NCBI GenBank assembly: GCA_043228905.1
Contig: JBHGNT010000010.1
Location: forward strand, 15,624,001 to 15,688,000
Length of the DNA stretch: 64,000 nucleotides
Reading direction: 5' to 3'
Origin: Azolla caroliniana
Taxonomy: Eukaryota; Plantae; Polypodiophyta
The first letter of the stretch is position 1, and every line of letters starts with the position of its first letter. The translations under genes and the position numbers were made by a program. The notes beneath the pieces were generated by a model. That model was given only the letters and a program-made list of their open reading frames with translations, ran no database searches and was not told the DNA's origin. Below, piece after piece: positions 23,013 through 35,500 of this stretch.

Positions 23013-26000
23013 TAGCAATGGGCCCGGTTTCCGCTCGAACCGAACCGAACCGCTAAGCCGTGGCTTAATGGTTTATCGGTTTAAAGTTAAATAATTAGTT
23101 TGGTTTGGTTTCATAGTATACGATTCGGTTTGGTTTTTGGAGTTAGCGGTTTAGCAGTTTAAAGGCTTATCAGTTTATCGGTTTCAGTTTAAAGGTTTGG
23201 TTTTTAGGTTTTTAGATTTAAAAATAATAATCCTAAATTCTAAGTATTGACTCTCTTTTCTACATGCCTTCACAGATTGTATACTCTCTGCTGCGCTAGC
23301 TCAATCCTCATCCTAACTCCTAACTCCTGAGTCTTGACTCCCTAGTCCTCTTCAAAGTTCCTACTACAGTCTACAATCTACTACTATAACACGTTACACA
23401 GGTATGTATTGCTATACTTCCCATGATATCTCAGAACAGGTCTATGCTCTTTCCTTTGAATGTTTTTGGTATACCAGAATGCATGCATTCATTGTGGATG
23501 GGTATGTACATCACATGATATCAAGGAGCATCACATGATTTCATGTTTGTTGCATGATTACTGAATAATGCACTAATCATTAGTTTAATTTCTAGGATGA
23601 TACTAGTAGAAAATATATTGGCTTCTCTTCCACTTTCAGGATCAACAACTAGTTTCGTTACATATTGTTTGCTGCATTTTACCCAATGATTTGTTACAAT
23701 GTCATTGAAAAGAGATGTTACCATCATCATCCAACAGTGGTGACCGTTGCTATAGTTGTGATTAATTAAGGGATAATTCATATGTTTCCCTTGCAAGTAT
23801 CCTATGCTTTCTGCGATACTCTGCATGGAAGAAAACTTCATTTTGTTTTGTCATAATTATTTCCATTTCCAAAGCTTGTAGTCAAACCACTTGGCAATTT
23901 TGTCAAGGAGAACTTGATTTTTTAATCCATTAGATGGACTTAATGCATTTAGTCCTCAGGTTATGGGTGCCTGATGATCAATCCATCATTCAACACCCTA
24001 CAATAAATAAGTTCATGTACAGGTTTCTCTTAGACAGATACGAAAGCAAGGAACTCTTTGAGCTCATTCAGAAAGCCCTGCAATTACAATGGTGTTGGTG
24101 TCCTTGTTTATATGAAGAAAAGGCAATGGCTTAAGGATTTTAGTCATGGAGTTTACCTTACCTCTTTGTATCAAAAACTGTTTAGGTTTACATGTTTTTC
24201 GTACAAGTGAATCAGTTGGATGTGACTGGTTATGTTAAACGATCTAAACAAAACGCTTCTACTATTCATTGAATACATTCCATCAACAATAACTAGAGTT
24301 GTTGTAAGTCTCGAAAAGTGTTACATAATGATGATGATGCTTGTGTGACACCATTGGAGGACATTTTTGGTAGCTCTAGAAATTCATCATCCTAGAATCA
24401 ATCGGAGTCCCATATCTGTACCTTGTTGCATTAATTTAATGTAAATGAGGCCAATAACTTCGTTCACAATCTTTTTAGATTGTCATCGAAACGAAGTACA
24501 TTTGAGCAAATGATTCATTCACAATCCTTTGGATCATCAATTGAGGTGAATTCTAATCAAGCAATCAATTCATTCACAATCCATTTGGATCATCATGGAG
24601 AGGATTACCCAGTTCTATGTGTGTAAATGGGTTGTTATGGCTGATTACGTGTTGTTGAAGGGCATCACAGTTTTGGCCAAGAGGATAGACACATTCCTAT
24701 ATGGCCTTCAAGCAAACTTGGTTACAGTTGCGTCCCAGAGACAGATCAAGTTGCATCGTTTGCCTAGATAATTACGTTCATTGGAACATTAGACTGATCG
24801 AAGACTCCTTAGGCATTCATAACATCGATGGGTTACTAGAGCTCAGCTCAATTTTGTCGTCTGCTATAACAAGGTTTTTCTAGCTGAACCCACTCTAACA
24901 TATCAGATTACCTTGCCTACCATGTTACATTGTCAAGATTTCAACCCTTATGCAATTTTGAATTTCGTGTTTTGCCGATGAATCTTAAGGTGTGTACCTG
25001 GCATAGATGGTTTTTTAAAGATCTTTCAACCCAATTCCAGTTTGTTTCTAGAGTTAACCAAATTCCACACACTTGGCATAGATGGGGCTTTAGAGCCAAA
25101 TTGGTTTGCTTGAGTTCTCTGTCTCTTGGGTATTTAAGGGGTTTTATTCTAGACCATAGATGACCTTCTAGAAGTTAAACTACATCCATTTTTTGGGACC
25201 ATTTAAGCAAGGCATCGGATAGCGAGCGGTTCGTGACTGGCCATAGATGGGAATTTTGGAGGATAATAAGTCAATTCCAATATTGGGCCAATTTTGTAGA
25301 GGTTAGCAACCCAATTACCACTCTAGAGGTATTTGACATTTGAACGCACACTCATTTTTGTGAGTGAGTTCATAGGCTTAACTTTAACATTTGAACGCAC
25401 ACTCGTTTTTGTGAGCTTTTTAACTTGTTTACATTGTATTTGCTCAGTACATACAATGCTATTTACTATTGCTATTAATAAGAGGATGCAACCATGCATA
25501 TATGAGTCATAGTCATGGTAGTTACTATCTTATGGACAAAATATGTGTATTATATACATAACTATGCTTTCTTTTTTTATGTTTTATAGGGACAACATTA
25601 AATGGAATCATCTTCTCAAACTCATGCAGCGATGGACTCATCATCAATTAATGTTAGCCATGGGCAAACAAGCATGCCAAGAAAAAGGCAACGTTCATCA
25701 TGGACAGATGCTCACATCATATCTTATATGGATAATGGCACACCTCGACAACGATGCCATCATTGTCATGTTTGTTGGTCTTCAAAAACATCCACAAGTA
25801 CTATAGCTAAGCATTTAACGGAAAAACATCATCTATTAAACGAACCAAATCAAAATTCAGGTAATTCGAAGATTATTCAATCTTCTATAGAGTCTACTAA
25901 AGCATCTCATGTTTTAGAGAAGAAAATTGATTGTTTCGTCACGAGGTATATTGTCAAGGGAACTTTGCCCCATGCACATGTGGAATCATATGCATTTAAA

Positions 26001-28637
26001 GAGTTCGTACACGACCTTGTACCTGGATATCAGATGAAGACAAGGCGCACAATTAAACGTTCCATCTTAGAAATGTATGTGGTGTTGCGCCATCAAGTGA
26101 TAGATTTGTTATCAAAAAGTCAATCAAGATTTTCTATTACTTTTGATGGTTGGTCAAATAGTAGTCTAAAGGGCTTCTACTCAGTGACACTTCATTGGGC
26201 ATGTCACGAGACAACAAGATCAAGGTTCATGTTATTGGATTTTGTGCATGTATTTCCAGGTGCTAGATCAGGGAAACGTTGTGCACATGCCCTCTTTTGT
26301 CGACTTGGATCTTTTAATATTTCAAGTCGATTATTAGCTACAATTTTTTATGGAGCTAGTGATGCACAAATGGTTGCAAAGGAATTGAGCATGTTGTTAC
26401 AAAATGAGCATGGTAAGGAAATTTTAGCTCCCTCACACATGTTACGGTGTATGGTGCACACTTTTCAATTGGGCATCAAGTCAGCATTAGAGATTATCTC
26501 ACCCTCAACGGAAAAGTTGAGAACAATGCTCCAAACTATTAGATCTAGCAAGGTTTGAAGGGAAGTGTTTAGGAAGTATGCTAAGATGATTGAATATCGT
26601 GAAAAGGAACCTCCAAGGCTTGATGTCGTTACAAAATGGAATTCTACTTTGGAGATGTTTAGGCAAGCTATCAAGGATAGAGATATATTGAATTTTATAA
26701 TTTCAGATCTAACAATTTCAAGTGATTTCAATGGTTATGTCTTGACCGTAGAAGATTGGAGTCACATACATGCTATGGAGGAATGGTTAGAAACACATGT
26801 AGAGGTTTCTACCTTTCTAGGAGGATCAAGATATCCTACATTATTACTAGCATCACTAGCGTATAATTGTTTACTTAATCATTGTAATCAGTTTTTATAT
26901 TCTTCCTTGCTGGGATCATCTAGATTCACACAAGAGGTGCTTCAAAAAGCGTCTGAGAATTGCTTACAATATTTAATTAACTATCAAGAATCGTTAAAGT
27001 CTATTCCATCGCGCATTGCAATGTTTCTTGATCCCAGATAATACTTTCCTTTAAGTTTTACAATTGTCTTCATGATTTCTAATATTTTATTTGAGTTTAA
27101 TAATATTTTTCATTCCATTATAGATTGCCTATTCCAAATGATCATATCGAAAGAGAGTTAGATATTAAGCTGGTTGAAGGCATGATTGAGTCCCATTACC
27201 ACTCATTCTCGAGTGGTGTTGAGCCATCTTCAACCACAATACAACCTATTGATAATAACTCTAAAATTTGGAGGTTAATGGGTGTACACAATAAAAGTCT
27301 TGTTTCTGATTCACGATCTAAAATTGAGCAGTTCATAAGACTTCCTTTAGCTAGCACAAACAAGGATCCTTTACAATGGTGGCATGATAATAAATCTACA
27401 ATGCCACAATTGTATAGGATGGCATGTGATTAGCTTGTTATACCAACATCATCAATACCTACTGAAGAGGCAAATTTAGTAGCAAAAATGACCTTTGATG
27501 ATAGGATCAAACTACATTCATGCACATTCAAGGCCGAAATGTGTATTTGATCATGGATGCAAGTTTTGCGAGAATCGAATGTTCAAATAACATATAACTT
27601 TCACATGGCTTATGAAGAACTTAAATTTAATCTAGATGATCTTGTTGGTGATAATCATGGGAGATAAGGTGTGCGTACCTTTTAATTCATTCTTTAAGTT
27701 TATTTTTCATTACTAGTTTTTTACTTATTTGATATTTTTTATATGTACATGGTACAAGAATCATGATACTTTTTCACAAGTCCATGAAATGCAAGTTGCA
27801 ATTGGAGATCCTCGAAGACATTGTAATTTCTTAGTGCATACTTTTACGAATTTGTTATTTATTTATTTATTTATTTATTTATTACTAATTACTTCTTTTA
27901 CATATTTTATACTTCTAGGAATCCGTAATTCAAGCTGAAAGTAAACATTGGAAACTAAAAGAGGAACATTAGTTTATGTAAAGGTTTTTCACATTTTTCT
28001 TATATTTTTGACTTTGTTGTAAATGGTGGATATAAACTTAAATGCTGGTGTGAACTGTATATGATCGATTGTTGGTCATAAGCTCTAGGATTTCATTCCA
28101 AAAAACTTTTAGTTTTTTGTGTATTATCTATACATTCTCCACAAAACTTTATTATTAGAAAATTTCTATTTATTATGGTATTCTTCTTCAAAAAACATTT
28201 CAAATGTCTAAATTTTTGTTTTTCTTTCTCTAATTCGTTTTGTTTATTATTATTTGTCTTTGGTTTTGTTTTTATGTTTATCTAACCTCTACTTTCTTTA
28301 TTATGTCTAACGAATATCTGGTTTTGGTTTAGATGTTGCAATGCCTTTTGTTACATTTTCTTAAAGTGGTTTGGTTTGGTTTGGTTTGGTTTGGTTTTGG
28401 TTTTTCATAAATGGTTTGGCTTGGTTCTGATTTTTTCGTAAATGCTTTGGTTTGGTTTTAAATTGTTCCTAAATGGTTTGGCTTAAATGGTTTGGCTTAA
28501 ATGGTTTGGCTTAAATGGTTTGGTTTAAATGGTTTCAAAATGTTCAAACGGTTTGATTGGGTTTTTTTTCTTAATAAGTGGTTTGGTTTGGTTTGGTTTC
28601 AAGGTCAAAAAACCGAACCGAACCGGGCCCATTGCTA
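23013..28637 (+). mobile_element. hAT DNA transposon inserted in element A pol
   Basis: 17-bp TIR TAGCAATGGGCCCGGTT / AACCGGGCCCATTGCTA; perfect 8-bp TSD CCCTCAAG (23005-23012, 28638-28645); GGTTT/AACCG subterminal repeats. Confidence 0.95.
25602..27668 (+). pseudogene. hAT transposase (BED zinc finger, DDE, hATC dimerisation domain), decayed
   Basis: CHHC...TSTIAKHL..KH; SITFDGWS; RCMVHT; DVVTKWNST; FLDPR; DPLQWWHDNK...LYRMACD*LVIP; in-frame stops. End approximate. Confidence 0.88.
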
Positions 28638-28645
28638 CCCTCAAG

Positions 28646-31252
28646 GCAGCTTTTCTCTCAACCCCAGTGTTGGTCCACCCTGACCCCACAAGGCCCTTCC
28701 AAGTTGAAACCGATGCCTCCAACTTTGCCATTGGATTTGTCTTGTCCCAACCAGACGACGAGGGCACACTACATCTTATTGCCTTCTACTCTCAGAAGTT
28801 TACCGCCCCGGAAATCAATTATCCGGTCTACGACAAGGAGCTTGCAACAATCATATCTGCCTTCACCGAGTGGCGACCCTATTTGGCTGGGGCCCAACAT
28901 TGCATCCAGGTGCTGAATGACCACAAAAATCTAATTTACTTCACCACCAGTCGTACATTGAATCGGAGGCAAGCCCGATGGTCATCTTTTCTTGTCGACT
29001 ACAACTTTGAGATCTTGTTTCGACCTGGAGTTCAACATGGGAAAGTTGATGCCCTCTCTCGGCATCTTGATTTTGCATTGCGCCTAGGAGATGACGCATA
29101 TTCACAACAATCCCATTGTTTGTTGCGGCCCGATCAACTTCAGATGTTCGCCACCTGCATGTTGCATCATGATTCTTTGTGCAACGAGATTGCCATCGCA
29201 ACCACGTCAGACCCATTCGCCAAAGAAATCATGGCCCGCATCAATGACCCATCTCCAGGCATGAAAAGCTCATATCTCAACCAATTTACAACCCGGGATG
29301 GGTTACTATATCATAATCATCTCTTGTGCGTTCCTGCAGGATCGTGTCGGACACAGGTACTACAAAACTGTCATAATGATCCTCTTGTTGGCCACTTTGG
29401 GGTCACGAAAACCCTAGAATTGCTATCTCAAGGGTTTTGGTGGCCCAAACCTTGGAAATTTGTCAAGGAAATTATCAAGACATGTGATGTATGTGCTCAG
29501 TCCAAAATGCCTCACCATCGGCCATATGGTCTTCTCCACCCGCTCCCCATTCCAAGTCGACGACCATGGTTCTCGCTATCCATGGACTTTATCACTGACC
29601 TCCCTTTGGTTGGTGGCCATGACACAATGCTAGTCATTGTCGATCGGTTTTTGAAGATGGCTCACTTTGTCCCATTTTCCAAAACCATTTCCGGGGAAGA
29701 GACAACTGACCTTTTTCTTAAAAATGTTGTTTGATTACATGGCTTACCCGAGGATATCACCTCTGGTCGAGGTTCTCAGTTCATTTCCCACTTTTGGTGA
29801 TGACTTCTACAAACATTCGGGACTTCTGTAAATTTGTCCTCAGCATACCATCCTCAAACTGATGGACAAACAAAATGAGTCAACCAAATCCTCGAACAAT
29901 ACCTTCGGTGTACCATGAGCTACCAACAATTGGATTGGGTGGGCTTCCTTGCAATGGCAGAATTTGCCTACAATAATAGTATCCATGCTTCGACTAAGGT
30001 TTCCCCCTTCTTTGCAAACTATGGATTTCACCCTCATTTCAGCATTTCCATACCTGCAACTTCGGTCAATCCATCGGCAGAGATGTTGTCGCGAAGATTC
30101 GCACGTGCGTGTGCTACTCGAGCGACCACCGGGGTCTTGGACTAGGGAGGACATTCGCGGAATTATCGACGCTAGATGACGATCAATGTAAGATTGGATG
30201 AAATTTGTTCACTTGAGAAGAAGAAAGATTGTACACTTGAGAAGTAGAAAAACATGAAGAAGATAAAGACAAATATAATTATATTGATGATAGTGGTGTT
30301 GGTGATATCACATATTGAGCCCCCCTTACACAAGCCCAACTAGAGGCCTTTATAGGTCTTTCCATGCTCGTGACATGCACAAAACCATGGGCTAAAACCA
30401 TGGTTTTGTGCACACGGTTTTGCTTATGTCATGCACAAACCATGGGTTTAAAACCATGGTTTTGTGCACATGGTTTTCTATGGTTGTTTCGTCTATCATT
30501 TGTATATGAAAAGGAAATACATAAAATCTACACTATATGATAGTTGTCCTAGTGGTAAGGCAATTATCTTGTATCTTAGAGGTGCAAGGTTCAAACCTTG
30601 CTTGCACCCCTCTGTATGAACTCAAGTGCCACTAGGCCTTAGGAGGCTTATTTGCTAAGTGTATGTGCAATGTTGCACATCCTTGGTTTATTCGTCTCAC
30701 TCGGTTTCACACCGTAGCCGAAAATCGTCACGACAACGCGTGCCCCCGCTTTACACGATGTCCATTGTGATCTCTCCTTGGAGCTCTGTGTCTCTAGCAA
30801 CCAATATAAAGATCAAGCGGACCGACATCACTTGGTTGCATTGACGTTTGCAGTCAGGGACATGGTTTGGTTGTTACATCGCCACCACACGTCCTTGTGC
30901 AAAATTGGACTACAAAAGACTAGGCCCTTTTCGTATCACCAAGCGGATCAACCCAGTCGCCTTCCGGTTAGCACTTCCTCCAACATTCAAGATTCACAAT
31001 GTTTTTCACGTTTCTCTCCTCGAACTCTACCATCCTTCTCGAATTCCGGGACGACAACCTCCTCCACCGCCACCTATGGAATTGTCGACGGGCGAAGAAT
31101 ATGAGGTTCACCAAATCCTCGACTCTCGATATCGTCGTCGACAACTCCAATATTTGGTCTTATGGAAAGGTTACCCCATTTCGGACGCCACATGGGAACC
31201 AATTACACATTTACAAAATGCTCCGGAGGCCATTCACAATTTTCATCAATGA
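28646..31252 (+). pseudogene. Element A RNase H, integrase and chromodomain (interrupted by a solo LTR)
   Basis: ETDASNFAIG; NYPVYDKEL; SMDFITDLP; GPF motif; chromodomain EYEVHQILDSR...YLVLWKGY...TWEP at ~31095-31252. Confidence 0.88.
30087..30735 (-). mobile_element. Solo LTR D (649 bp) in the element A integrase
   Basis: TGTCGCGA...TCACGACA termini resemble B/B' ends; 4-bp TSD ATGT/ACGC (differing by two C>T changes); removal restores the host frame PSAE-T-RAPALHDV; TATA on the minus strand near 30350. Confidence 0.75.
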
Positions 31253-31350
31253 TACCCACGAGTTCTGGGAGGCGGCCTTAGAGGGAGGATAATGTCATAG
31301 ACACGATGAAATGCAGGGGGTTGAACCCATGACCTTTAGAGGGAGGATAA

Positions 31351-31680
31351 TGTCATAGACACGATGGAATGTAGGGGGTTGAACCTATCACCTCCTGGTC
31401 TTATTGGGCAACCTCACCAATTGAGCTATATCCATCTATGCATTATTGTATTGTATAAGTTTTAACTTATTACATTCTATGTTAATCACTAGAACTTTCA
31501 AGAAACTTCTAAAGAATGCATCTTCATGCACTCTCTAAAAGTTTCCATGCACTCTCTAGATGTTTCCTAGCTTGCATGCATACCACCACATTCTTGATAA
31601 ATACTTCAGTGCATCTTGATTACAACCAAGGTGAACAACACCAGTTACGGAAGCATAATTTAGTTCTTGCTCTTTTGTCT

Positions 31681-31752
<72 letters not shown>

Positions 31753-31850
31753 TCTTGTCTATGCTCTCTGTCTATCTATATATCTATCTTTCGCTCTCTT
31801 AATATTTAGCTCACCTACTTATCCATGTCCTGGTCTACTCGTCCGTGACA
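31351..31850 (+). repeat. 3' LTR of element A with (CT)n expansion at ~31685-31746
   Basis: TGTCA...TGACA termini; preceded by a 58-bp tandem duplication of PPT plus LTR start. Confidence 0.9.
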
Positions 31851-31855
31851 AAAAT

Positions 31856-32531
31856 ATGCCGAATGCAGAATTTATGTGGGCTTAACAACTGAAGAGGCAA
31901 AACTGTTGGCTTGGGATCATAATAATGATAATGATTACATACAGAAAATGTCTTCCATTGAGGGAATAAAATTTTTCCATCATGAATATTTAGACACCAA
32001 ACAAAAATATGGTTTGAAGCTGCACCCAATACTTAGGCGACAATGTCTTCATGAGGTTGGCATCGTCGTGGATGACAATCTAAAGTCTGATGGTCTCAAA
32101 AAATATGAATATTGGTTCCAACTATTGTTTAGAGATGGGAAGATCAAATATTCACAATGTGGGAAAGTAAAGAGGTCATTAGGGACAAAGACAAAAGAAA
32201 TCTTGAGTCAACCCCCAACTAGAATTGAAGTCAACAACGGCTAAAAAGATCGACCTCACTATTGAAGAAGCGGTCGATGACATGAAGCTGACACTGTGGA
32301 GATCTATGCAAAGGATTAAAGATGAGCAACTACTTGTGTCGATTTTGTCGAGGGTCGTGGCCAAGGAATTAAACCTAGATGAAATGGTCATGGAGTTCAA
32401 CAAGTAAGTCTTGTGAGTTTATTAATTCGTAAATATTGTTTAGTTATGCATCACGAGTTCTAATGTGTCATAATGATTTTACAGCCACAAGGTATATATG
32501 AAAATCCAAGAAGTTATGATGAAACAACTTG
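31856..32531 (+). pseudogene. Segment 2 of the ParB-like/methyltransferase gene (rest of ParB-like domain, helical region; intron 32404-32484)
   Basis: Joins segment 1 in frame across the TSD: FFFK|YAECRIYVGLTTEEAKLLAWDHNNDNDYIQKMS; GT-AG intron, then HKVYMKIQEVMMKQL. Confidence 0.75.
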
Positions 32532-35500
32532 TGTTACGGGCATGACCATATAATATCCCGTGGTGAGAATTTACCGTAGTATTCTATACACGTGGGTAAG
32601 TGTGAGGGTTAAACGAGAGTGTAAAGAAGGGGAGGATTACTTTTAAATCCTCGGGATTGAGACAACCCATTAGGCCAAGTGTGAACATGGTTGGGGGCCT
32701 TGGGTATCGCTATAAATAGAGGCCTAGCTACCCTCATTTTAGGATCTGGTTGACTACGTCGAGAATCTGTCTTGTGGTGGGTCAACTCTTGTAGCGAGCA
32801 CACCAGCACCAGGTACGACTCGACACCACGGCGGTGGTATGGGACGCCGATCGAGGCTCGAGTCCGTCTCGATCCCTTCGCTCGGGGGTGGTCAGGTGGA
32901 TCGGCACCCTTCTTTCTCTCTCTCCTTTCTATCTATTTATCTATTTTCTATCCTTATCTAATGCTTACATTAGTCTATGTCTCTAATAGTTGGTATCAGA
33001 GCTCATTTTCTAATGTTTCTTTTGTTGTCTTTTGTGTTTTTGATTGATGGCGATCGATCTACGTGCGGTCGGCCTTCATGCAGACAAGGATCAACAAAGG
33101 AACTTCGGTAATCTTTCTTGTTTTTTTGTCTATTTTTTCTTCTCCCATCTAATCATGTGTATGGTTAACATGTAGATTTTTTTCATTAATTGAATGATGT
33201 TGTAGTGGTAATTCATTGGTTGTATAAAACGTTTACATATGTGTATGAGGTCAATACCTCATTTGACGTATATTGAATATGTGATGAGTGTCGTATGCGC
33301 ATGAGGTTAATACTTCAATTGCGTATTACGTTCACAAACATATGTTACGTTTGCGTATGAGGTCAATACCTCGATTTGTTGTAAATGATATGCATTTGGT
33401 CTCGTATGCGTAAGAGGTCAATACCTCAATTGCGTATTACGATTAACCCTTATTTTTTGATGTCTCGTGTGCGTAGAGCTATATGCCTCGATTACGTATC
33501 TCGATTACATCATTTTTGGCTATTAAATATAACGATTTCTTTAATATAGGCCTATGTGGTCACGTGTATACGTAGTTGATCGTATATATGTGATAATATA
33601 CATATGTGTATATAAGTTATTATGTGATTTTAAATCGAATGTTTTCCTTTTCGGGGAAAGGATCTTGGTGGCCGTCCTCACATTTTTGTGAGAATCACGT
33701 TGTCACCATCCATTTTTTCAACAATTTTTTATTGTTGAAATCCCCGTTGGTGACTTCGATATTTCGTTACGTAAAGAAACACCTATAGCCATAATGATGT
33801 TGAGTACGTAGGGCTTGACCCACTTCATGTGAGGTCGTTCCTATGACACACGTATCCAACATCCCTCCCTCATTACATGGATACGATGCCACCATGAGAT
33901 CATTCTTACGAGAGGCATTCGTAATGACGTGACCATGTGATGGGCCACGTGGGCCTACGACAAAAAGAGGGCTCATTTGGCTTGACCATTAGGTTGCACT
34001 TTGGCGTATGCCATCGTAATTACGAGACTTGAGGTTAGGCAACATACCAACATAGTTGTAGTAAATGAGGGCGAAATAAGGACTCTTGACATATATGTTT
34101 CTTTTTAAAAAAACATATATGGGCAAATGCCTCGCATATCTCTTATACGTATGAAACATTAAACATTCAAGAAGAGCAACTTACTTGGTTGGCTCAAGTG
34201 TTTAATGCATTTGTTCTTGAGGTCTCGAGTTCAAATATGACCAAGACCATACAACATCGTTGATACATATGACTATAACACATGTTTAGACTTGAGGTCT
34301 AAGTGCGCTTCGGGGTCCTCGTAATAGGACTTAAAGAGCCGAAACCACATATGTGGGCACAAAAACATAGTTTATTGTTAACATTTTTTTGGTGTATAAA
34401 CTACTCATGATGCGAACACACATTGTTGAGCCTCGTGGAGCCGCCATATAAAATCGATATAGAGATCAGGGAAAGACATTCATTTGTCACCCCCACGGTT
34501 TATAAAACACCTTTGTGTTACCATAGTAACCTGATCTTGAACCTCATCTCATACATCTAGAGGGGTCTTGACGTGAGATCATGATATCGATTAATGTTTG
34601 CCCATGATATGTTTACATCACGACATGATGTTATGACTATCTCTTTGACCTTATCCTATTTCTTTTCCAGAAATAATCATTTAATGGCTCAAAATAACGA
34701 CCCGATGTCATCCGCTCAAGCAGAAGGAACTCAAGGGAATCCTCCTGGACAAATGTCCATTGAGATGTATTTTTCGCAAATAACCCAATACCTTAGTTTC
34801 ACCGCTCAACAGATGACCGAACTTCGGCACTCTCAAAGTGCTCTCGAGGCATGTGTCATTACTCTACAACGTGAGACTAATAGACCTGATGAGTGACAGG
34901 GTGAACCATCGTTTGTCATTAAGCCATTCACGGGAGACAAAAAGGAAAGAACCGAAGAAGCAATCTACACGTGGCTAGGCCGATGGGAGTCTCATTTTGA
35001 GCTCTATCCCACGCCAGATAGTATGAATATTGCATATGTCGGCCGAGAACTAGGGGGTAAGGCCGCCGCTTGGTGGCGTGGGCTCCGTACTTTGGGGAAA
35101 TTGCCCGATACCTGGACAAATTTTGTCATAGTTTTCAAGGGCCAATTTCTGCAACCTCCCTCTCGAACCGAGGCAGCACAAGCTTTAATGAACCTCTCTA
35201 GCAAGAAGTTTTCCTCACTAGAAGACTATGTTCACCATGCTAGAACCCAAATCCAAAAATCGGGTCTAGAAGGGGACAATTGGTTAATAGCTTGTTTTGT
35301 CAATGGCATCCCCAATTCGGACTATCATTGGATAGTGCACGATAAGGATCCAAAATCCTTCGAAGAGGCTGTTGAAATAGTTATTCGCTATCAACGCACT
35401 TCGAAGGACCACAATAAACCCAACAAAGCACATGGGACTAAGAAATCACAATTCGTGGGAAACGCAAGACACCCAACGAATTCATGGATCGCAATTGTAA

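Larger units (their letters stand above)
2988..31850 (+). mobile_element. Element A: decayed Tcn1-like Ty3/gypsy chromovirus, host of nested insertions
   Basis: LTRs 2988-3411 and 31351-31850 (T(G)TCA...TGAC(A)); TSD CAAAT/AAAAT; PPT AGAGGGAGGATAA; gag LPDKFNGSR...QQGSRPASDYASEF; RT YLDD; RNase H ETDAS; integrase and C-terminal chromodomain. Confidence 0.9.

Noticed and set aside
28529-28645. Hydrophobic N-terminus of the 401-aa ORF suggesting a membrane-anchored RNaseH-integrase
   Set aside because: It is the translated GGTTT subterminal repeat and TIR of the hAT abutting element A pol.
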